Counted from the stretch's first letter, positions 22,182-33,994 are shown. The stretch: DNA of 39,783 nt from Chrysochromulina tobinii (GCA_001275005.1 JWZX01003057.1:1-39783); one strand, 5' to 3'. Notes: generated by a model from the letters alone, not told the origin. Numbers and translations: made by a program.

Positions 22182-24245
22182 ATGCAGGCCGGAGGCCTAG
22201 CCATGGTCACACGCGTCGAGGCGACCTATTCGGCCATCTCATGCGTGGCGATGGGTGCCCTCATCCTCCGCGCACGGCGCTACGCCCTCTGCCGACGGGA
22301 CTTGAGCAGTAGCACCACTGCGCCGGCGGAGGCGGCGGCATCAGAGGTCTCCTTCAAAGCGGGCATGTTCAGCCTCAAGCCGGACACGTTCGGCATGCCC
22401 GCTGCGGAGGCGGACGCACGAGCGATATCCGAGGCGCGTCTCGTGGTCGTCGGCGAGATCCACTCAGTGCCGCCGTGCATCGAGCTGCAGCGCCGCACGG
22501 CGGTGGCCATGATGGCCGAGGGCCGCGGCTTGCTTCACATCGTGCTCGAGCACCTGAACTTTGAGCAGCAGCCGCTGCTGGACGCGTACGCGGACGGGAC
22601 GCTCGGGATGGCCGAGCTGCTCGAGCAGTACCGTCAGGGCACAGAGGGCCACGACCTTGTGCCGTACGAGCCTCTGCTCGCGCTCGGGCGCTTGCACCGC
22701 GCCGCAGTTCGCTTGCATGCGGGCTTCATTCCACGCTCATACGCGCGGATGGTGATGCGCGAGTCGCCCGAGGCGGCGCTGGCGGCCGCGCGCGACAAGG
22801 GATACGTGTCCGACGCCGAATCTCTCGACGCGACCGACGCGCACTACGACTTCTTCGAATCCCTTTTGACAGGTCGGAACCGCCATGCGACGCCGCCGAT
22901 GGCACCAACGGACAAGTTTCGCAAAATGTTCCCGGCGCAGGTGATCAAGGACGCGGCGATGGCGCACAAGGTGAGCCAGCTGCTGGCGGGCGGCGCGGGC
23001 GGCGCGGGCGGCGCGGGCGGCGCGGGCGGCGCGGGCGGCAGCGCAGACGGCGACTCGGCAGCGGTTCCGTCTGACAAGGTCCTTGTCATCTGCGGCGTGG
23101 GCCACTCGGGCTATTCACACGGCGTGCCCGAGCGCATCCTGCGCGTGCTGCCCTGGCTCCAGACGCACCGACAGACGCACATGTACCGCGTGTGGTGCCT
23201 ACCCGTAGACCCGGAAACCGAGCTCCATTCCGTCGAGGCAGTTCGCGCGGCGCTCTGTGAGGCTTTCGGACCGCCGGGCGTGTCGGACCCGGCGGATCTG
23301 TGCTTGGCGTTTGCAGAGGTGACCGATACAGCGCCTTCGAGGGTGGCGCGCACCTCGACGGCGGCGGCGGGTGGTGTGGCGGAGGAGGTCAAAGCAGCCA
23401 CCGCGGCCGCGTACAACGCCGTCGGCAGCACCGCCCACCTGGGCGGCGACGTGCAGCGTGCAGTCGCGATCATGCGCCGCCTCAAGTACGATGACGACCA
23501 AATCGGCATCGCAGGCGCCGACTCGGCCAACTTTCAGGGCGTGGCGTCGCCACACCAGCACGCGCGGTTGCAGCCGGGGGAGCGGGTCGTTGACCTGGGC
23601 AGTGGGCTTGGGATCGACTCTTTCATTGCGGCTGCGGCCGTCACCGCGGGCGGTGCGCGCGGGAGCGTCGTCGGGATTGACCTGGCAGAGAAGGAGGTGC
23701 GGCACGCCACCGCCCGCGCCGCTGCTCGTGGGCTGGTCGAGACGGCGGTCCGGTTTGCCGTGGGCGACCTCGAGCGTTTGCCGCTGGCCGATGAGAGTGC
23801 CGACGCCGTGATCTCGAATGGCGCCTTCTGCCTCGTTCCAAATAAGGCCACGGCCTTCGCGGAGGTCTTCCGAATCCTCAAGCCGGGCGGCCGCTTCGCC
23901 ATCGCCACGTCGGTGGTGCTCCAGCCTCTCGAAGAGGGGCAGTGGCCGCTGTGCATGCGCATGTTTAGTGAGCTGCACTCCCTCCGACCCCTCGCCACCG
24001 CCGCCGGCTTCACGTCCATCGAGCTCGACACGTCCGATATGGCCATGGCCTTCGAGCTGCCCGTGCCCGATGCGGCGCGCGTGGACACCGGCGCGCGGGC
24101 CTCGTTGTCATCGGCCGACGGCGCCTCGCGGAGCAATCAGCGCAATCAGGTGCACGTGGGCTCGCCTGAATTCAAACATCTGAGGGACCTCGATGTCAAC
24201 GCGATCTGCGGGCGCGTCGTCATCAGTGGCATCAAGCCGGCATGA
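22182..24245 (+). CDS. Fusion of a ChaN/EreA-like (haem-uptake, Tiki superfamily) domain and a class I SAM methyltransferase (ArsM-like)
   Basis: N-half has LVVVGEIH, LEHLNFEQQPLLDAY, YEPLL, AQVIKDAAMA, VICG.GH..Y.HGVPERI. C-half has LQPGERVVDLGSGLGID, VVGIDL, GDLERLPLADESADAVISN, EVFRILKPGGRFAI. Start codon uncertain (22182 or 22203). Confidence 0.82.
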   Translation: MQAGGLAMVTRVEATYSAISCVAMGALILRARRYALCRRDLSSSTTAPAEAAASEVSFKAGMFSLKPDTFGMPAAEADARAISEARLVVVGEIHSVPPCIELQRRTAVAMMAEGRGLLHIVLEHLNFEQQPLLDAYADGTLGMAELLEQYRQGTEGHDLVPYEPLLALGRLHRAAVRLHAGFIPRSYARMVMRESPEAALAAARDKGYVSDAESLDATDAHYDFFESLLTGRNRHATPPMAPTDKFRKMFPAQVIKDAAMAHKVSQLLAGGAGGAGGAGGAGGAGGSADGDSAAVPSDKVLVICGVGHSGYSHGVPERILRVLPWLQTHRQTHMYRVWCLPVDPETELHSVEAVRAALCEAFGPPGVSDPADLCLAFAEVTDTAPSRVARTSTAAAGGVAEEVKAATAAAYNAVGSTAHLGGDVQRAVAIMRRLKYDDDQIGIAGADSANFQGVASPHQHARLQPGERVVDLGSGLGIDSFIAAAAVTAGGARGSVVGIDLAEKEVRHATARAAARGLVETAVRFAVGDLERLPLADESADAVISNGAFCLVPNKATAFAEVFRILKPGGRFAIATSVVLQPLEEGQWPLCMRMFSELHSLRPLATAAGFTSIELDTSDMAMAFELPVPDAARVDTGARASLSSADGASRSNQRNQVHVGSPEFKHLRDLDVNAICGRVVISGIKPA

Positions 24246-24401
24246 CTCCGGGTGAGACGTTAGGGCGTACATGGAACAGCGAGTAGGTTGAGGGAGGGTT
24301 CTTCCAAGGGTCCTCGGGATAGGGGCGACTGTGTGAACGATAAGAACGGCGAACGAGAGCGCCCGCTTTTGCGGTCCGACAGCGCGCTCTTCGCTGGCGG
24401 G

Positions 24402-26037
24402 ATGCCGGTACTCCGAGTGCGCACCAAGGACGGCACCGAGCGGCTGACGGTGCCAGCGGGTGCGACGCTCGGTGACGTGCGCGCACAAATTGAGAACGAG
24501 CTCAAGGTGCCGCGCACGCAAGCGACGCTCGCACGGTCGGATCAGGCAGGGCCCGTCGCAAAAAAGGGCGCGCCGTTTTCGCCCAGCGACGACTTGCTGC
24601 CGCTCTCGGCGCTCGGCGTCGCCAATGGCGACATGGTCTTCCTCGACTACACGATGGAGCGCGAGAATCAGGCGCACTACGTCGAGAAGGACCCGTTCAA
24701 GACACTGGTGTCTGAGGGCGAGCTGCGGCAGCAGGGCAAGGACAAGTGGACGCTGACCGACTTCATGCTGTACCGGTCGAGCAAGGAGTTTGTGCTCGGC
24801 GCGCCGCCGGAGCCGCACGCCAAGTTCGTCCAGACCGACCAGCGCGCGACGCAGGCGTTCATTAACTACATGATCGCGACGGGCTTCATGCAGAAGCGCA
24901 TCGGGTACCTATACGGTCGGTGGGTGACGGACGCGGTGACGGGCGATGAGGGCGTGCAGGTGCACACGATCTACGAGCCCGCGCAGGAGTGCACATCCGA
25001 GGACGTGCAGCTGCTGCCAGACGCGGAGGGTGATGCGAAGCTCGCGCAGGTAGCGGCGATGCTGGGGCTCGTGCAGGTCGGCGTGATCATCGGGCACCCA
25101 GCGCGGGAGTACGCGTTCACGATCAATGAGATCATGCTCGCGTCGCAGCTGCACGCGGCCGCACTCGCCGCGGATCCAGAGCACGGCAAGCGCTTCGTCA
25201 CCATGAAGGCGCGCCCGCCAGCATGCATGTGCTCACCACGGCGCCCTCTCCTCCCCAGCATGCAAGTGCTCACCACGGCGCCCTCTCCTCCCCATGAAGG
25301 CGCGCCCCGTGCTCCGATCGGAGACTGAGATCGATGGAGTGGCCACGGTGGAGGCGTACCAGATGACGGACCAATGCGTGGAGCTCGTTAGCAAGGAGGC
25401 GTTCTCGCAGGTGCGCGCCATGGCTAGCGTCGGGCGGCGCGCCTCTGAGTACCTGCCACTGCGACGCGCGCGCCGTCTCGAGCACCGCCCTCTGAGTAGA
25501 GCTGCCACTGCGACGCGCCGTATCGAGCACCGCCCTCTGAGTACCTGCCACTGCGACGCGCGCGCCGTCTCGAGCACCGCCCTCTGAGTAGAGCTGCCAC
25601 TGCGACGCGCCGTCTCGAGCGCTCCCTCTCAGTCCAAGACGGACCCTCGAGTCGCCAAGACTGCCAAGGACTGCTGCTTCCTCGTCGAGAAGAAGGAGGT
25701 GCGCAAGGCCTCCTTCGAGATGTTCATCGCGCGTGTCTTCGACGTGGGACGTGCCCTGGACGGCAAGCCATTCAACTCCTTCCTCGGCTCCGGATTCGCG
25801 ATCGAGAACCGGCCGACTGAGCCGCAGGACGCGGCCAAGATGACCTCGTACTTGCGGAACCGCCGGAAGGAGCCCTTCTTGCGCACCGTCTCCGACTTGC
25901 ACTTCCTCCTCTTCTTGGCCAACTTCCTCGACGTCAAGTCGGATCTACCGGTACTCTGCGCCAAGGTCGTCGAGAACAAGGGCGACGAGCTCGAGGGGTT
26001 TCAAATGATGATCAACTGCTACGCGGGCCTCGAGTAG
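24402..26037 (+). CDS. NPL4: NPL4 (nuclear protein localisation 4, Cdc48/p97 cofactor); introns 25209-25299 (GC-AG) and 25411-25632
   Basis: N-terminal UBL (MPVLRVRTKDGTERL), R.GYLYG, V.V..IYEP.Q, LGL..VG.I.GH, EAYQM..Q, F.IENRP, SDLHFLLFL. Confidence 0.9.
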
Positions 26038-26499
26038 GTATGGGCGCCGTTATGAGCACGCCCGATACGGCGCCACGACCATGCTCCGCGCGAGAGAGGG
26101 GTACCCAGAGGTCTCAGGCTAGGAGAGAGGGTGGAGGTCTCCTCAACATGGCTCTTGGGAGACTTGTTGATTGTTCCAGCTGAGCACCCGACCGGCGACG
26201 CTCGCGAAACCCCTCGAGATGAGAATGTGCGGAGATCGCTCGAGCATTTGATTCAAGAACGTTCGAATCAAATGGATCTGGCGACCAGGTTGGTCTTCCT
26301 CAGATTCCCCCTAATTAAGAATACGTCAAAAAGGACGGAGTCATAAATTTTCTCATCATGAAGTTTGGCTCAAGATTCTCCTCCGACTTCGCGACAGGCA
26401 GATCGCCCTTTCCCGAAGAGGTGCGCCATGCACGCCTTGCCGGCCACCGCGACCAAGCGCCAAAGACTTGATGAATGCACCTCTGGCGGTGCAGGTACT

Positions 26500-27682
26500 A
26501 TGTCTGCTGCTAAGGCCGCGAAGCCTGTCGAAGATGTTGCCGGCGAGACCGACTTCAACTCGCTGACGCAGTGGCTCATGACGAACACGAAGGATAAGGA
26601 GGTGTGCACACGCGAGTGCATCCGGGATGCCCGGACGGACGCATGATGCCGGGAGCAGCGCTCGGGCCATTATCGACATCTCTCCATGTGCTCACGCTGC
26701 GCCGTGCTCGACTCTCGCCGCATTGCGATGCACTTTGCGACAGCTCACCGTGCTCATGGCGCAGCTTGCACTCGCATGCAAGGCCACCTCGCGTGCGTGC
26801 GCCAAGGCCGGCATCGCCAACCTGTTCGGCATGTACGGCGAGCAGAACTCGAGTGGCGATGACCAGAAGAAGCTCGACGTGCTCTCCAACGACATCTTTA
26901 TCAACGCGCTTCTCAAATCGGGCTCGTGCTGCGTCCTTGTCTCCGAGGAGAACGAGGAGCCGATCATCGTGCCTGAGGAGCTCGCGGGCCGCTTCTGCGT
27001 CGCGTTCGACCCGCTCGATGGCTCGTCGAACATCGACTGCAACGTGAGCACGGGCACCATCTTCGCCGTGTACGAACGTCTCTCGACTTCGCCGCTGGGC
27101 ACAGTGGAGGACATCCTCCGCACCGGCAACGACATCGTGGTGGCCGGCTACTGCATGTACGGCGCAGCGACAGAGCTCGTGCTGTGCTTCAAGCAGGGCA
27201 AGGTGGAGCGCTTCGCACTCGACCCGTCGCTCGGCGAATTCATCCACACGCATGCCAACGTGCGCTTTCCTGCCGACGGCGGCAAGAAGATCTACTCTTG
27301 CAACGAGGGCAATGCCCTCTTGTGGGACGAGACCTGCAAGAAGGCGGTGCAGCACTTCAAATCGAGCGGGTACGCGGCGCGCTATGTGGGCTCGATGGTG
27401 TCCGACGTGCACCGTACCATTCTGTACGGCGGCGTCTTCATCTACCCCGCTGACAAAAAGTCGACCAAGGGGAAGCTGCGCGTGTTGTATGAAGGGTTCC
27501 CTATGGCCCTGATCGTCGAGAGCGCGGGAGGGATCGCCTCGACGGGCATGTTCAACGGCTCGGTGCAGCGCATGCTCGACCTCGTGCCCACCAACATCCA
27601 CGAGCGCTGCCCGGTGATCCTCGGATCGCCCCGGGATGTCAATCTCATCCTCGGTATGTACAAGGGGACGGACGTCCAGTAG
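26500..27682 (+). CDS. FBP: Cytosolic class I fructose-1,6-bisphosphatase; intron 26602-26743
   Basis: GDDQKKLDVLSN, LVSEENEE, FDPLDGSSNIDCNVS.GTIF, ARYVGSMVSDVHRT, GKLRVLYEGFP. An alternative start at 26428 is possible. Confidence 0.96.
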
Positions 27683-27835
27683 AGACGCGCCGTCCCGGGC
27701 ATGGAAACAGCACGCGAACGGCGCGGATTGGCCCCTCACTAGGGACGGGCAGAGACGCCGACTTTCGCCTTTTCGGCGAGCGCCCTGTACTCGACATATC
27801 CATGTGGCCTTCGATGCCTGCATCTGCAGGCGACG

Positions 27836-27880
27836 GGCGAGATGCAGGCAGATGCAGGGAGATGCAGGGAGATGCAATCT
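27836..27880. repeat. Short (GAGATGCAGG)n microsatellite
   Basis: Three to four degenerate copies downstream of FBPase. Confidence 0.7.
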
Positions 27881-28559
27881 GCTACAATCTGCAGTCGAAG
27901 GGCGAGCGCGGTGGGTCGTGGCGGTGTATCCTTAGGGTATGCATGCAGCATGATGGATCTTGAACGTGGTGGCGAGGTTACGGCAAGGAGGACGGTGTGC
28001 AGCGGAGCCGAGGAGCCATAAGTGCAATACATGGATGCACGGCGAAAAGCGAGTGAGCGGGGCCGGGCGCGCAGTGGCACACCGCCGGCATGAAGTGGTA
28101 GAAGTACGTGAGCGCCCCGAGGCTGAGCAACGGTGCAGCGCGCGGCCTGGGCGCTCGGGCGGGAGACACTTGACACTGAGTGGTCTCGGCGTTACATAAT
28201 CTCGACTCGACCGGTCGCGTCCGCTGCGCGCTGCCGTCGACGGATCAGCACATAAAGCGGTTACTGCTGAAGGTGCATGCTCTTAGCATGCTCTGCGTCA
28301 CTCCTGGTGTGGGGTTTTGATACATGCAAGATATTCATAAATTGGTTTATTGGGATTATGGCGTGTTCAATCGCGAATCGGCAGCCACTCGAGCACCGTC
28401 CCATTGTTGGCGGCGGTGCTCAACCTCTCACGCAGTCCGGCAAGGCGCGGCGCACAGACCGCGCCTTGTCGGGCTCGCGGCGCTCGCGCGCATCCGCGCT
28501 CGTCCACTCGCCGTGCACACGCTCCCTCACGGCTTCATTAAGGCTTCATTAAGGCTTCA

Positions 28560-30011
28560 TTAAGGCTTCATGACCGTGCGCAGGCGCTTGCAGGCCTCGA
28601 TGCACGAGTCGCGCGGCGCGAAGGCAGAGAGCCGCAGGAACCCCTCGCCGCCCGGCCCGAAGCCGGCTCCGGGGATAGTAACCACCTGAGCCTCAGAGAG
28701 GATCTTCGAAAACATGTCCCAGGACGACTGGCCCTTGAGCCCGACGAAGATGTACGGCGCGTTGTCGCCGCCGTGCACCTCCATGCCGATGTCAAGCATC
28801 GTCTCCTTGAGGATGCGCGCGTTCTCCATGTAGTAATCGATCATGACCTGTTGAGGGAAGCAATCGGCGGTAATCAGCATGCACTCAGAGGTCATCATGA
28901 CCTTGATCTCCGCGAGGGCCTCGGGGTCGAGGCAATCAGCGGTAATCAGCATGCACTCAGAGGTCATCATGACCTTAATCTCTGCGAGGCCCTCGGGGTC
29001 GAGGGCGGCGAGCACGCCGCTCTGCACGATGTTGGACGCGCCGTTGAACGCGGTGCACATGATGCGGTTGTAGTCCGCCGCCACCGGCGAGCCGTCCGCG
29101 AAGGTAAGCTCCTTAGGGACGACGGTCCAACCCAATCGAACGCCCGTGAACCCTGCGTACTTGGAGAAAGAGTTGACTTCAATGGAGCATGTGCGCGCGC
29201 CCGGGATCTCGAAGATGGACTTGGGCACATCGGGCGAGCGGATGAACGGCGCGTACGCCGCGTCGAAGACGATGATCGAGCCCATCTTGTTGGCCCAGTT
29301 CACGAGCTCGGTCAGCTGGGCGCGCGAGGCGGCCGCGCCGGTCGGGTTGTTGGGCGAGCAGAAGTAGATGATGTCGGCGCGCGGCGTGTTTTTGAGGTCG
29401 GGGAACCAGTTGTTGCCCGGATTGCATGGCATGTACACGATGTTCTCGTACTGCTTGCGCTCCTGGTTCATCAGGCCGGTCTGGCCCATGATGACCGAGG
29501 TGTCGACGTAGACGGGGTACGACGGGTCCTGCACCGCGGTCTTGGTCGAGCTGCCGAACATCATCTGCAGCCGGCCGATGTCGCACTTGGAGCCATCCGA
29601 GACGAACACCTCACTCGGGTCGATCTTGTCGTCGTACAGGTTCTTGGCGATCTTGCTGCGCAGCTGAGCAATGCCCTGCTCAGGACCGTAGCCTGTGTAG
29701 CCCTCCTTGGTGCCGAGCTTTGCGGCGCCGGCCTTGAGGCCGTTGAGGATGTGCTCAGGCACGGGAAGCGTCGTGTCGCCAATGCCGAGGCTGATAATCG
29801 GCCGAGTGTTCGGGTTGGCCTCGATGTACGCGGTCCGCCTGCGGCCAATCTCCGGGAAGAGGTAGCCCGCCTGCAGCTTGCCCATGTTGACGTTGCGCGC
29901 GACCGCGCTCATCGCGATGCCCGATTGGTCCACGCGCGAGGCGGATGCCGCGTCGGGCGCGTTGCCGACGAAAGCCGAGAGCGGCAGCAGCAAGGTAACG
30001 GCGTAGAGCAT
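28560..30011 (-). CDS. dapL: Plastid-targeted LL-diaminopimelate aminotransferase; intron 28848-28973
   Basis: RNVNMGKLQAGYLFPEI, ISLGIGDTT, EVFVSDGSKCDI, QDPSYPVYVD, FCSPNNPTG, SFSKYAGFTGVRLGW, PGAGFGPGGEGFLRLSAF. N-terminus MLYAVTLLLPLSAF is a signal peptide + AF motif. Confidence 0.96.
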   Translation of the reverse strand: MLYAVTLLLPLSAFVGNAPDAASASRVDQSGIAMSAVARNVNMGKLQAGYLFPEIGRRRTAYIEANPNTRPIISLGIGDTTLPVPEHILNGLKAGAAKLGTKEGYTGYGPEQGIAQLRSKIAKNLYDDKIDPSEVFVSDGSKCDIGRLQMMFGSSTKTAVQDPSYPVYVDTSVIMGQTGLMNQERKQYENIVYMPCNPGNNWFPDLKNTPRADIIYFCSPNNPTGAAASRAQLTELVNWANKMGSIIVFDAAYAPFIRSPDVPKSIFEIPGARTCSIEVNSFSKYAGFTGVRLGWTVVPKELTFADGSPVAADYNRIMCTAFNGASNIVQSGVLAALDPEGLAEIKVMMTSECMLITADCLDPEALAEIKVMMTSECMLITADCFPQQVMIDYYMENARILKETMLDIGMEVHGGDNAPYIFVGLKGQSSWDMFSKILSEAQVVTIPGAGFGPGGEGFLRLSAFAPRDSCIEACKRLRTVMKP

Positions 30012-30933
30012 TTGCTTCGGTGTCGACTGCGTGGACGCCGAGAGAAAGCAGCAGGAAGATCTCGCGAATCGGAGATTGGCCGATCGCAAGGGGCGGTCCC
30101 GTCTGACAGATGACTGATGTGTCTGCCAGGGCCGAGGGGGTAACATGTAAGGGGGCTCGTGTCTGGCGACTCGCGACCGACCAATTGCGAGTTTGCGACC
30201 GACCTCATACATGTATCTGCGCTCTATGGCGCTCTGGGTGCTCGTTCGTTTCCCAACATTCCCTTTCCCCCCACCAACCTGGTTTTCGGCTCCAGATCAT
30301 TCACAGTACCCGTACCCTCTGCAACCGAGTGGTTCTCTTTGTATCGCACGTAAAGACTTTCCTTGTCTTGCTCTAATGTTTCAACTCCGACCCCGTGGCA
30401 TCGGCCAGGGCCAGCCATAACTCGATGCCGCTTCACGTGGCCCAGAGAGCGCGGCAGCGAACTGAAATTCAGCCGCCGCCGGTCGTCGCATCGTCGTTAC
30501 CACTACCACCGCCACTGATGCCACCAACGCGATTGCTCGCTCAGCTGACAATTGCTCACGGGGCGAGCTTCCTGCCCTGCGGCCACACGCACTTCTCATG
30601 GCAAAGTGCACACACAGGCGCCGTCCCGCCAGGGCACACGCCATTCTCATGGGGCACCGCATTATAGAGCAAGGATTCTAACCACCATCACCATGCCCAT
30701 GCTATGCCCGAAACGGCTGCGGCAAGTAGGTGGAAGACAAAGTCGCCCGACAAGACCATCCGCGGTACGACAAGACCATCCGCAGTAGGCCGTGGTGGCA
30801 TGCGCGTTGCCTCGCCCGTCGAGCACGCGGCCGGGCCATCGGCCCCGAGCTTTAGGCTGGCTCTCGCAGGTGCATTGACCTTCCGAGTGCCCTCCGAGTG
30901 CTACTGATAGCCTGCACTCTCTGCTCGGTGGCT

Positions 30934-31034
30934 GCCATGCAACCCTGCGCCTCCAGCCATTGCAGGCTCCAACCCCGCGCCACCAGCCATTGCACGCAAG
31001 CCTGCCATGCAACCCCGCGCCTCCAGCCATTGCA
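30934..31034. repeat. Degenerate ~30-40-bp tandem repeat
   Basis: CAACCCCGCGCC(T/A)CCAGCCATTGCA x3. Confidence 0.75.
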
Positions 31035-31820
31035 CGGGTCAAGGACGAAGCATTCCACTCCACCAACACTGAGGAAACCATGCGGAATAGTGCATTCCAA
31101 TTGATCCTACCGAGACCGATGCGGTGGCGCCTCTGCGTAACCCTCTGCTTGCAATCCCACTGGCGCTCTGATTGACCCTGATTGACCCTCTGATCACCCC
31201 TGTCCCGCTGCTGGATCGCGGGCGTGCACAGCAGGCAGGACGTGCACTTGCCGATCAGCTCGTGCAGCTCACCGCGCTGTGATCCGCGGGTACCACCTTC
31301 ATCCACCTCACTTTGGGCACCTGGAGCTCACGAAGCCCATGTACCACGTATAATAGTTACGCCTAGGGCCCGAGGCCGGGCAGGCGCTGTGCTAGGAGCT
31401 AGCGATGCAGCCGCGGGCCAAGTTCAAGCGCAGGTGTACACTTTACAACGATTACGCGCTTACCGGGGCGTTCTTGAGTCGTGTTGTGGTTGTGTACGAT
31501 CCCCGTGCGGGCGTCCTCATATGTGCGCCGTGCTGCGTCATTACGGTTAGCTTTTTAGGCACTACAACCGGTCCACACAGTACAGAGGCTGGTGCTTTGC
31601 CCTCCATGCGCCTTCATGCGCCTTGCCCCCCGGTTTCACCCACCATGCTCATTCATAGACATTCCGGATACCGTTGTACATGTACTTCGTGCGTGTCCCG
31701 GCTCCCCCAGAGCTCCCCCGGTGTTTTTAACCTTCAAGGGGGGAACAAGGGGTAACGCGGTAGAAGTTTGTTTTGGAAGGAGGGAAACACAACATGAAGG
31801 CATCCTAGGCATGCGCCCTG

Positions 31821-33471
31821 ATGCGCACGAAGTTGACCACGCACCACCATTTGTTACATGTAGTCCTCGCCGCGCTCATGCAGCGGCCCACATCGGCTTT
31901 GACTCAGACTGAACTGGACACCATGTGCGGCATCGGACCTGGTGTCGATGGATCTGCGTTTTCGCCCATGGGCTGCGGAAACCTCGCCAGCGTGTCGGGT
32001 CAATGTATAGAGCACATCAACGGGCGCATGCATGCTGGGATGGCCTATCAGCTCATATGCGACGCTGAGGTCGACTTTGTCCGTGGAATGATTCCTCATC
32101 ACCAGGCCGCCCTTGAAATGTGCCTTGCCCTGCTCAGTTTGGGCAACCCAGTCGACCCAGCCCTCCGCCTCTTTTGTCGTGGGATGGAACTCGACCCACG
32201 ACTACTTGAAGGGAGTCATTCCGGGGCAGCAACGTGAGATTGCCCAGCTTTACGCGTTCCTGGCGCAGCGTGCGGTCGGCAACGCGACGCTGTGCCCACA
32301 AACTGCCATGAGCATGTCACCTGCGCCGTCGTCGCCGTCGGGAGGGCACACGGGCCATGGGCGGCGTCTTGCCGTCTCGCAACATGAGTGCGGCATTCAC
32401 TCCCGAATCATCGACCTTCCCATCTACGCCACATCGGCGCCGCGGTATGGCGTCAGCGTCGCTCCTCAGGGTCGCCGTTTGCAGCACGCTGGTCATTCGA
32501 TGGTGATGGCGTGTGGCGACCTGAGCTGCACTTCCTCACAATGCTTTCAATACGTGAGCGCCGAAGCTGTCACCCTCCTCCATGCTCCATGCTCTGATTA
32601 ACGCTGATTGTGCTATTAACGTCTCTGATTGCCTCTGATAGCATTGGCCCCATTAACGTCACCCTCCTCCATGCTCCATGCTCTGATTAACGCTGATTGT
32701 GCTATTATCGTCTCCCTCCTCCATGCTCCATGCTCGAGCCCTCTCCTACCTCAGCCCCCATCCCACCGCTGCCCGCAGGGGAACGAGTACATGCACACCA
32801 ACATGGCGATCGAGCTCACAGGGGACATCAACATCGACTTCGCTCGCTCCATGCGTCCGCATCACCAGGTGCGTGATGACCGCTGATGGGCGATGATTGC
32901 CTCTGATGGCCTCTGATGGCCTCTGATTACCTCTGATGGGTGATGATTGCATCTGATGGCCTCTGATTGCCTCTGAGTATAACTGACGAACTCGAGTGCC
33001 TCTGATTGCCTCTGATTACCTCTGATTACCTCTGATTACCTCGGATGGGTGATGATTGCATCTGATGGCCTCTGATTGCCTCTGAGTATAACTGACGAAC
33101 TTGAGTGCGTCTGAGTGCAGTCTGCCGTGGACATGTGTCGAGTCCTGATCGAGTTCCGGGGGACACTCCTACACCCCTTCTTGCGCTACACGTGCAACGA
33201 GGTGATCGCGCATCAGCAAGAGGAGATTGAATACATCAATGCGTGGCTCTCTGCGCGCGGTCTCGCCGCTGGCCAACTGTGCAGTAGCCAGCCGGCCGAT
33301 GTGGGGAATGATGTGGGCATGATCATCGGGGCCGCCGTCGGTGGAAGTCTCGGCTTCTTGGCTCTGTTGGGCGGCATCTACGCAGTCGCGTCATATACGA
33401 AAGCCACCGCCGCCACCACCGTCGCCGCGAAGAGCATTCCAACGGGCGTTGTGATGACTGATAAAATTTGA
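31821..33471 (+). CDS. Secreted/type I membrane protein with two DUF305 (CopM-like, ferritin-like) units; frameshift near 32177; introns 32554-32778 and 32869-33120
   Basis: Signal-like N-terminus. MHAGM..DFVRGMIPHHQAALEMC..Q.REI..L and MHTNM..GD..IDFARSMRPHHQ|SAVDMC..VIAHQQEEI..I..WL. C-terminal TM GMIIGAAVGGSLGFLALLGGIYAV. Confidence 0.8.
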
Positions 33472-33994
33472 GAGCCTGCTGGCGGGACAGAGTAACCACC
33501 AGACGCGTATTGCGTGAGGGCACATCTCGATTACGTTATGGCGGGGTAGCACCGGGCGCCAGGGTGCTTGCAGCGGCGTTCTCGCCTGTCGCGCCTCTGC
33601 AGGCGTGTGCCGGGCGGCGGGGTGAGGCGCGGCGTGCCCGGCGTGCGACTCCCGAGCGTTGCGAGTCAGTGTGGTTGCGAGTGTTGACTGAGTGTTGAAC
33701 TGAGTGTACGCGTGCGTTCGTGCTGTGTGCCGCATGACTCATGTGCCAGAAAGCAGAATCGGTCGGCAAAATGTACTATACGTGTGTGGACAATAATGTA
33801 TGCACACGACGTGCGCTCTGGGCACGAACACGTTCGTGGTCACCACATCGGCGTGCCCGCCCGCCCGCCGCGCCCGCCCGCTAGCCCGCCCGCTAGCGAA
33901 CTACGAGGGGGAGGGCGGTCCTATGGCCCTCGACTAGGTGCCCGTGATGACCGTCAACAATTGTCTCCAACCGGTCTGGTGCCAGTGCGACCAT

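Noticed and set aside
26576..30113. Long antisense ORFs over FBPase (26576-27877) and dapL (28773-30113)
   Set aside because: Shadow ORFs caused by high GC3 codon usage on the true strand.
30395..31760. Gene or MITE between dapL and the DUF305 gene
   Set aside because: Only short ORFs and small local duplications; no consistent reading frame or convincing terminal repeats.
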